The notes below the pieces were generated by a model that was not told the origin of the DNA, ran no database searches, and was given only the letters and a program-made list of their open reading frames with translations. Below are positions 63,501 to 64,000 of a stretch of DNA of 64,000 nt, piece by piece. This stretch comes from Amoebophrya sp. A120 (Eukaryota > Protista > Dinoflagellata). The stretch is from assembly GCA_905178155.1 (NCBI GenBank), contig CAJINV010000002.1:2919152-2983151 (forward strand), in the 5' to 3' direction. Each line of letters opens with the position of its first letter. The stretch's first letter is position 1. The translations under genes and the position numbers were made by a program.

Positions 63501-63951
63501 AATTTGTAATGCGGATTTACCTTGAGAGAAAAAAAGCATGATTGCAATTACTACGACTGCGATATTACTTTTGCACAGCATAGCTCGCGCGCATGAAGTT
63601 GTACCGCCGGGAAACCGCGGCGGCGCGCGATATCGAGTTCTCAAATCGGTTACCTTCTCAACTGTTACATGGACGATTTGTGATGCAAGAATGGCAACAG
63701 TCCAAGGGGCATGCTTGCTGCTTTCGCATCACAGATTTGGCACAGATTTAGATGCTGCTTAGCCTCTCGGAGATTTGTCATGCGAAGCAGCTTGAGATCA
63801 CGTGGCGGCTTAAGGTAGTCTTGCATGACAAATTCATGCAACAGTTGAGAGCTGTGTAACGTTTGAGAACTCCATAAGCGAGGAGGAAAAGTTGTTTCTG
63901 AGGGAGATGACGACCGGCATAAAACGGAGCCTGCAGCGAAAGCGCGAGGAG
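218..63951 (+). CDS. Giant multi-exon gene (5'- and 3'-partial, ~135 exons); very large protein of unknown function with WSC-like domain, Cys-rich motifs and long acidic/Ser-Thr linkers
   Basis: Manual splicing (element + one DR copy removed) keeps one open frame, e.g. EDVMERD|AAYRNRRA|AAHKLWSMLL|LKRLWLHVH|VKSMAALR|KDEERNFWEIFT|RKNHETAFQCGQRL|SRCVLLQNAF; the frame matches the ORF-track frame of the long exons (2796, 14750, 17497, 24807, 28486, 43545). Confidence 0.85.
564..852. mobile_element. Introner A
   Basis: TIR; DR gatgc. Confidence 0.9.
882..1114. mobile_element. Introner C
   Basis: TIR; DR gctgc. Confidence 0.9.
1148..1292. mobile_element. Introner B
   Basis: TIR; DR tgctg. Confidence 0.9.
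1328..1611. mobile_element. Introner A
   Basis: TIR; DR tgcat/tgcac. Confidence 0.85.
1643..1791. mobile_element. Introner B
   Basis: TIR; DR cgcaa. Confidence 0.9.
1832..2097. mobile_element. Introner A
   Basis: TIR; DR cacgc. Confidence 0.9.
2146..2350. mobile_element. Introner G
   Basis: TIR; DR ctgag. Confidence 0.9.
2429..2712. mobile_element. Introner I
   Basis: TIR; DR tcgaa. Confidence 0.9.
2713..3049 (+). CDS. Exon of giant gene
   Basis: In frame with ORF 2796+ (MVVWYWFHMQEK...CKYCRS). Confidence 0.8.
3050..3200. mobile_element. Introner B
   Basis: TIR; DR gtgta. Confidence 0.9.
3252..3515. mobile_element. Introner A
   Basis: TIR; DR tgcgg. Confidence 0.9.
3661..3866. mobile_element. 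Introner G
   Basis: TIR; DR aatat. Confidence 0.9.
3949..4160. mobile_element. Introner H
   Basis: TIR; DR ctgcg. Confidence 0.85.
4201..4522. mobile_element. Introner E
   Basis: TIR; DR ggtgt; ends ATC. Confidence 0.85.
4558..4777. mobile_element. Introner F
   Basis: TIR; DR ttttt/ttttc. Confidence 0.85.
4894..5131. mobile_element. Introner H
   Basis: TIR; DR cgagc/cgggc. Confidence 0.85.
5208..5506. mobile_element. Introner D
   Basis: TIR; DR ggttc/ggtgc. Confidence 0.85.
5661..5809. mobile_element. Introner B
   Basis: TIR; DR acact; ends ATG. Confidence 0.85.
5855..6097. mobile_element. Introner C
   Basis: TIR; DR ctgat. Confidence 0.9.
6242..6502. mobile_element. Introner A
   Basis: TIR; DR cccct. 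Confidence 0.9.
6569..6847. mobile_element. Introner D (next to duplicated exon)
   Basis: TIR; DR ggttt/ggatg. Confidence 0.8.
6892..7184. mobile_element. Introner D
   Basis: TIR; DR ggttt. Confidence 0.9.
7352..8273. mobile_element. Atypical 922-bp intron/element
   Basis: TAT..ATA; DR gctgc; ASKL|PDWEDPK in frame; internal 11-bp inverted repeat gtagtgaggtc (7536)/gacctcactac (8238). Confidence 0.75.
8324..8479. mobile_element. Introner B
   Basis: TIR; DR gggca. Confidence 0.9.
8569..8846. mobile_element. Introner A
   Basis: degenerate TIR; DR agtgt. Confidence 0.85.
8895..9154. mobile_element. Introner C
   Basis: TIR; DR tggca/gggca. Confidence 0.85.
9221..9487. mobile_element. Introner A
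   Basis: TIR; DR acaac. Confidence 0.9.
9769..10030. mobile_element. Introner A
   Basis: TIR; DR cgcga. Confidence 0.9.
10079..10354. mobile_element. Introner A
   Basis: TIR; DR acttg/actcg. Confidence 0.85.
10470..10705. mobile_element. Introner F
   Basis: TIR, starts TAC; DR ccacg. Confidence 0.85.
10776..11143. mobile_element. Introner B with internal tandem repeat and polyA insert
   Basis: TIR; DR cacgt. Confidence 0.85.
10806..10903. repeat. ~23-bp tandem repeat (aaattgcattacaaattaagtaa) x~4
   Basis: seen directly. Confidence 0.8.
11235..11458. mobile_element. Introner F
   Basis: TIR; DR aatgg/aaggg. Confidence 0.85.
11557..11796. mobile_element. Introner C
   Basis: TIR; DR gagca. 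Confidence 0.9.
11990..12252. mobile_element. Introner A
   Basis: TIR; DR cactt. Confidence 0.9.
12304..12624. mobile_element. Introner E
   Basis: TIR, starts TAC; DR tgcag. Confidence 0.9.
12795..13049. mobile_element. Introner A
   Basis: TIR; DR tcagt. Confidence 0.9.
13115..13276. mobile_element. Introner B
   Basis: TIR; DR gatga. Confidence 0.9.
13398..13691. mobile_element. Introner D
   Basis: TIR; DR cttcg. Confidence 0.9.
13746..14005. mobile_element. Introner A
   Basis: TIR; DR ccggc. Confidence 0.9.
14103..14384. mobile_element. Introner D
   Basis: TIR; DR cccca/ccccg. Confidence 0.85.
14385..15659 (+). CDS. Long exon of giant gene
   Basis: Open from 14390 into ORF 14750+. Confidence 0.85.
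15660..15910. mobile_element. Introner A
   Basis: TIR; DR ggggc. Confidence 0.9.
16031..16316. mobile_element. Introner D
   Basis: TIR; DR gcgca. Confidence 0.9.
16381..16615. mobile_element. Introner H
   Basis: TIR; DR gctgc. Confidence 0.85.
16638..16782. mobile_element. Introner B
   Basis: TIR, ends ACA; DR actac. Confidence 0.85.
16837..17172. mobile_element. Introner E
   Basis: TIR; DR cgagg/cgacg. Confidence 0.85.
17226..17477. mobile_element. Introner F
   Basis: TIR; DR aaact/aaaca. Confidence 0.85.
17478..18039 (+). CDS. Exon of giant gene
   Basis: ORF 17497+ between introners. Confidence 0.8.
18040..18197. mobile_element. Introner B
   Basis: TIR; DR aggag. Confidence 0.9.
18334..18595. 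mobile_element. Introner A
   Basis: TIR; DR ctgca. Confidence 0.9.
18713..19034. mobile_element. Introner E
   Basis: TIR; DR cttcg/attcg. Confidence 0.85.
19344..19623. mobile_element. Introner D
   Basis: TIR; DR gcacg. Confidence 0.9.
19745..19959. mobile_element. Introner H
   Basis: TIR; DR gcgac/gcgat. Confidence 0.85.
19960..20530 (+). CDS. Exon of giant gene
   Basis: ORF 19905+ between introners. Confidence 0.8.
20595..22349. mobile_element. Nested 1,755-bp TIR DNA element, family K (non-autonomous)
   Basis: ~37-bp perfect TIR tatccaggaaaaaacacccatccccatccattttgcc; DR ctgct; internal cacccatcc repeats; no recognisable transposase. Confidence 0.9.
22421..23319 (+). mobile_element. 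Nested Helitron-like non-autonomous element
   Basis: A^TC 5' start (tctattatat); 3' hairpin ctccggc-ggca-gccggag (23283-23300) then CTAG^T; no TSD; internal (accctctcgcgc)n repeats. Confidence 0.7.
23342..23835 (+). CDS. Exon of giant gene
   Basis: EYK|LLKEQKF junction across the 2.8-kb composite intron is in frame. Confidence 0.8.
23836..24154. mobile_element. Introner E
   Basis: TIR; DR gccaa/gctaa. Confidence 0.85.
24362..24522. mobile_element. Introner B
   Basis: TIR; DR agacc/agact. Confidence 0.85.
24651..24807. mobile_element. Introner B
   Basis: TIR; DR tgaaa. Confidence 0.9.
24808..25752 (+). CDS. Long exon of giant gene
   Basis: ORF 24807+ up to RRALWHRYN. Confidence 0.8.
25753..27832. 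mobile_element. 2.08-kb TIR element with 7-8-bp duplication (hAT-like?) inside coding sequence
   Basis: ~55-bp imperfect TIR (tagggaggcacac..ccggtaccatcg..cgatagc / revcomp tatggacgcacac..ccggtaccatcg..cgatagc); flanks gtacaact/gtacaacc. Confidence 0.75.
27862..28526. mobile_element. 665-bp insertion/intron between duplicated exon segments
   Basis: starts TAT; flanks ccggg/ccgcg; removal keeps frame; no ATA end. Confidence 0.5.
28527..29800 (+). CDS. Long exon of giant gene
   Basis: ORF 28486+ from RALWHRYNPGRK to QDF. Confidence 0.85.
29801..29938. mobile_element. Introner B
   Basis: TIR; DR tttca. Confidence 0.9.
30325..30489. mobile_element. Introner B
   Basis: TIR; DR tgcgc. Confidence 0.9.
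30763..30935. mobile_element. Introner B
   Basis: TIR; DR ccgca/ccgcg. Confidence 0.85.
30936..31553 (+). CDS. Exon of giant gene
   Basis: ORF 30924+ between introners, contains LCPMC. Confidence 0.8.
31554..31789. mobile_element. Introner C
   Basis: TIR; DR ggaaa/ggaac. Confidence 0.85.
31933..32215. mobile_element. Introner D
   Basis: TIR; DR cgcac/cgtgc. Confidence 0.85.
32288..32443. mobile_element. Introner B
   Basis: starts TGC; DR ccagg/tcagg. Confidence 0.8.
32520..32760. mobile_element. Introner C
   Basis: starts TAG; DR acagc/accgc. Confidence 0.85.
32800..33126. mobile_element. Introner E
   Basis: TIR; DR ccggc. Confidence 0.9.
33187..33614. mobile_element. Introner D with ~145-bp internal insert
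   Basis: TIR; DR cggct/cagct. Confidence 0.85.
33652..33900. mobile_element. Introner C
   Basis: TIR; DR ggaac/ggagc. Confidence 0.85.
33954..34222. mobile_element. Introner A
   Basis: TIR; DR gcggg/gcagt. Confidence 0.85.
34223..34495 (+). CDS. Exon with 4-Cys zinc-finger-like motif WCWGC-x12-CLRC
   Basis: HNWCWGCRASQPDTLFSMTCLRCQRVRP, loosely RanBP2-type spacing. Confidence 0.65.
34496..34711. mobile_element. Introner H
   Basis: TIR; DR tatag/tacag. Confidence 0.85.
34929..35152. mobile_element. Introner F
   Basis: TIR, ends ATC; DR cttgg. Confidence 0.85.
35208..35460. mobile_element. Introner C
   Basis: TIR; DR tgcgg. Confidence 0.9.
35775..35927. mobile_element. Introner B
   Basis: TIR; DR cagac. 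Confidence 0.9.
35988..36299. mobile_element. Introner E
   Basis: TIR; DR cattt. Confidence 0.9.
36376..36638. mobile_element. Introner A
   Basis: TIR; DR aacac. Confidence 0.9.
36744..36894. mobile_element. Introner B
   Basis: TIR; DR tgaag. Confidence 0.9.
36944..37239. mobile_element. Introner D
   Basis: TIR, ends ATG; DR ccggg/ccggc. Confidence 0.85.
37305..37458. mobile_element. Introner B
   Basis: TIR; DR agcac. Confidence 0.9.
37502..37737. mobile_element. Introner C
   Basis: TIR; DR gaggt. Confidence 0.9.
37764..38012. mobile_element. Introner F
   Basis: TIR; DR ctgga. Confidence 0.9.
38102..38311. mobile_element. Introner H
   Basis: TIR; DR gagga/gacga. Confidence 0.85.
38592..38855. 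mobile_element. Introner A
   Basis: TIR; DR cgacg/ctacg. Confidence 0.85.
38918..39253. mobile_element. Introner E
   Basis: TIR, ends GTA; DR cctgc. Confidence 0.85.
39498..39738. mobile_element. Introner F
   Basis: TIR; DR ttgtg. Confidence 0.9.
39739..40370 (+). CDS. Exon of giant gene
   Basis: ORF 39624+ between introners. Confidence 0.8.
40371..40632. mobile_element. Introner A
   Basis: TIR; DR gtctc. Confidence 0.9.
40680..40856. mobile_element. Introner B
   Basis: TIR; DR cggag. Confidence 0.9.
40857..41572 (+). CDS. Exon of giant gene
   Basis: ORF 40688+ between introners. Confidence 0.8.
41573..41725. mobile_element. Introner B
   Basis: starts TAC; DR tggcc. Confidence 0.9.
41789..42013. 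mobile_element. Introner F
   Basis: TIR; DR attcg/cttcg. Confidence 0.85.
42131..42307. mobile_element. Introner B
   Basis: TIR; DR acgca. Confidence 0.9.
42362..42878. mobile_element. Introner D with nested polyA retro-type insert
   Basis: TIR, ends ACA; DR gctac. Confidence 0.85.
42612..42832 (+). mobile_element. Non-LTR retro-type fragment (A-rich, polyA tail)
   Basis: 13-bp duplication aaatctgcattac at 42599-42611 and 42833-42845; polyA at 3' end. Confidence 0.65.
42932..43214. mobile_element. Introner A
   Basis: TIR; DR aagac/aggag. Confidence 0.8.
43281..43543. mobile_element. Introner A
   Basis: TIR; DR agtgg. Confidence 0.9.
43544..43979 (+). CDS. Exon of giant gene (coiled-coil-like)
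   Basis: ORF 43545+. Confidence 0.8.
43980..44129. mobile_element. Introner B
   Basis: TIR; DR agaac. Confidence 0.9.
44264..46938 (+). CDS. WSC-like carbohydrate-binding domain spread over 7-8 exons
   Basis: Spliced: YVGCYRD...VFECAILCADRPFFALQGGGQCWCAS...ECSSVCAYAG...FNCGGKLRNAVY, the 8-Cys WSC pattern. Confidence 0.75.
44335..44655. mobile_element. Introner E
   Basis: TIR; DR cgcct. Confidence 0.9.
44716..44977. mobile_element. Introner A
   Basis: TIR; DR gtccg. Confidence 0.9.
45054..45317. mobile_element. Introner I (reverse orientation relative to 2429)
   Basis: TIR; DR agagt. Confidence 0.9.
45386..45667. mobile_element. Introner D
   Basis: TIR; DR cgcgg/cgcac. Confidence 0.85.
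45696..46034. mobile_element. Introner E
   Basis: TIR; DR ggaag. Confidence 0.9.
46285..46588. mobile_element. Introner J
   Basis: TIR tatggaag(t/c)gtcaggat; DR acagc. Confidence 0.9.
46665..46932. mobile_element. Introner A
   Basis: TIR; DR gtcta. Confidence 0.9.
46973..47117. mobile_element. Introner B
   Basis: TIR; DR agccc. Confidence 0.9.
47511..47819. mobile_element. Introner J
   Basis: TIR; DR gcgag. Confidence 0.85.
48154..48365. mobile_element. Introner G
   Basis: TIR; DR ggaga. Confidence 0.9.
48423..50974. mobile_element. Composite 2.55-kb intron: introner A with ~2.25-kb nested insertion (~48504-50761)
   Basis: A 5' and 3' halves; DR gaaga; EHE|EDRNQ in frame. Confidence 0.85.
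49419..50750. repeat. Minisatellite arrays (ttccccgtgcttccc; tgcaaaatatttNggNNN; ttgggcgattcgccg) in two ~0.6-kb tandem units (49571-50213, 50214-50750)
   Basis: seen directly; both units start aagctg.aaaaccgggg and end ccgctcagca. Confidence 0.85.
51176..51401. mobile_element. Introner F
   Basis: TIR; DR ctatt/ccatt. Confidence 0.85.
51458..51765. mobile_element. Introner D
   Basis: TIR; DR cggac. Confidence 0.9.
51868..52117. mobile_element. Introner F
   Basis: TIR; DR ccacg. Confidence 0.9.
52170..52314. mobile_element. Introner B
   Basis: TIR; DR gcgag. Confidence 0.9.
52493..52702. mobile_element. Introner G
   Basis: TIR; DR atgct. Confidence 0.9.
52908..53944. mobile_element. 1,037-bp TIR element, family L, acting as intron
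   Basis: ~38-bp imperfect TIR tatca(a/c)agg..tgaatcac..caaa.gaatca; DR tacta; STST|SGETSS in frame. Confidence 0.85.
54074..54312. mobile_element. Introner C
   Basis: TIR; DR gaggc. Confidence 0.9.
54470..54628. mobile_element. Introner B
   Basis: ends ACA; DR degenerate cctct/gccct. Confidence 0.8.
54689..54950. mobile_element. Introner A
   Basis: TIR; DR gccgt. Confidence 0.9.
55024..55749. mobile_element. Introner A with 433-bp nested insert (55264-55696)
   Basis: DR tctcg; insert flanked by 18-bp duplication catgacaaactcctgctg. Confidence 0.85.
55808..56070. mobile_element. Introner I
   Basis: TIR; DR cctac. Confidence 0.9.
56152..56254. mobile_element. Introner K (103 bp)
   Basis: TIR tatccaggaaaaaac / ggatgggtgttttttcctgctgata; DR ggaga. 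Confidence 0.85.
56302..56458. mobile_element. Introner B
   Basis: TIR; DR agagc. Confidence 0.9.
56590..56824. mobile_element. Introner C
   Basis: TIR; DR gcaga. Confidence 0.9.
56920..57183. mobile_element. Introner D
   Basis: TIR; DR gctga/ggtga. Confidence 0.85.
57231..57407. mobile_element. Introner B
   Basis: TIR; DR ggaga. Confidence 0.85.
57451..57602. mobile_element. Introner B
   Basis: TIR; DR cagct, left copy offset by ttt. Confidence 0.85.
57636..57964. mobile_element. Introner E
   Basis: ends ACA; DR ccgcg. Confidence 0.85.
58002..58195. mobile_element. Introner B (internal duplication)
   Basis: TIR; DR gagcc/aagcc. Confidence 0.85.
58244..58472. mobile_element. Introner F
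   Basis: TIR; DR gttga. Confidence 0.9.
58522..58744. mobile_element. Introner H
   Basis: TIR; DR tagcg. Confidence 0.9.
59069..59227. mobile_element. Introner B
   Basis: TIR; DR caagc. Confidence 0.9.
59297..59564. mobile_element. Introner I
   Basis: TIR; DR gacgg/gaccg. Confidence 0.85.
59607..59868. mobile_element. Introner A
   Basis: TIR; DR gggac. Confidence 0.9.
59913..60174. mobile_element. Introner A
   Basis: TIR; DR gagcg. Confidence 0.9.
60252..60490. mobile_element. Introner C
   Basis: TIR; DR ggaac/agaac. Confidence 0.85.
60525..60730. mobile_element. Introner G (reverse orientation relative to 3661)
   Basis: TIR; DR cttca. Confidence 0.9.
60921..61217. mobile_element. Introner D
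   Basis: TIR; DR cacac/cacgc. Confidence 0.85.
61259..61520. mobile_element. Introner A
   Basis: TIR; DR catgg. Confidence 0.9.
62099..62516. other. Assembly gap (Ns)
   Basis: run of N. Confidence 1.
62688..63182 (+). pseudogene. Exon-like fragment (two exons joined across introner A 62832-63097, DR gtgtc) nested in the composite intron
   Basis: EDARLRARFLWNRK..VMWRC|HGCDVRVDPVLKEELETLK is in frame; preceded by an E 3' end (to 62687) and followed by a truncated A (63183-63309). Confidence 0.5.
63310..63473. repeat. Near-perfect 164-bp hairpin (78-bp arms, 8-nt loop); foldback/MITE-like
   Basis: atgtgaatcggttcgagag...gcagaac / gttctgc...ctctcgaaccgattcacat. Confidence 0.9.
63631..63876. 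mobile_element. Introner C
   Basis: TIR; DR cgcga/agcga. Confidence 0.85.
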
Positions 63952-64000
63952 TATCAAAGTGACAAAAGCCCCCACCCCATATCGGAAACGGAAGATGCGC
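63952..64000. mobile_element. Introner E, truncated by window end
   Basis: tatcaaag..cccccaccccatatc start. Confidence 0.7.

Larger units (their letters stand above)
61598..63582. mobile_element. Composite intron: introner B split by a large insertion (contains N gap, exon-like pieces and introners)
   Basis: B 5' part 61598-61638 and B 3' part 63474-63582 share DR gctcg; DAL|ARMKLY in frame. Confidence 0.7.

Noticed and set aside
1328-63876. Enrichment of synonymous differences between DR copies
   Set aside because: About 11 of ~38 by hand count, near chance expectation.
1-64000. CRISPR array or integron-cassette interpretation of repeat/unique alternation
   Set aside because: Repeats are 100-340 bp of many families with TIRs and TSDs, the spacers form one continuous reading frame, and no cas or integrase gene is seen.
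1-64000. Hundreds of short ORFs with recurring peptides (FQTQTFLHL, CKNVWVWK, KNPPSPY)
   Set aside because: They are translations of introner TIRs, not genes.

Overview
Eukaryotic genomic DNA, not prokaryotic. The whole 64 kb reads as the interior of ONE giant + strand protein-coding gene: no start or stop codon lies in the window, and my hand estimate is ~20 kb exonic, i.e. ~6,000-7,000 aa. It is interrupted by ~135 non-canonical introns lacking GT-AG ends. Nearly all are transposon-like 'introner' elements that start TAT, end ATA, carry family-specific terminal inverted repeats (TIRs) and are flanked by a 5-bp direct repeat (DR). Removing each element plus one DR copy restored an open frame at every junction I translated by hand. 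At least 12 families (my labels, 5' TIR): A TATCAAATGCAAAAATGTCTGGGTCTGGAAG; B TAT(N4)TGCAAAAGTATCGTACTCGTA; C TATGGCGTTCTCAA; D TATCCT..AAAAACGTCCCCAC; E TATCAAAAGGAAAAATCCCCCTCCCCATATC; F TATGACAGTGCACAACTCCCC; G TATGGAGAGAAAAAAGTTTGTCAC; H TATCGCGAGAAAAAACTG; I TATGACCTGCTCAAACGTTACAA; J TATGGAAGTGTCAGGAT; K TATCCAGGAAAAAACACCCATCC; L TATCAAAGGAGCAAGTGAATCAC. The short families share a recurring internal motif GCAT[CGT]ACA. This resembles the inverted-repeat/direct-repeat non-canonical introns reported for the parasitic dinoflagellate Amoebophrya; the organism assignment is an inference. Some introns are composites carrying nested long TIR elements, a Helitron-like element, retro-type inserts, minisatellites and an apparent captured gene fragment. 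The spliced protein contains a WSC-like domain and a 4-Cys zinc-finger-like motif. Most six-frame ORFs are artefacts of the repeats. All coordinates were read by hand and may be off by a few bases.
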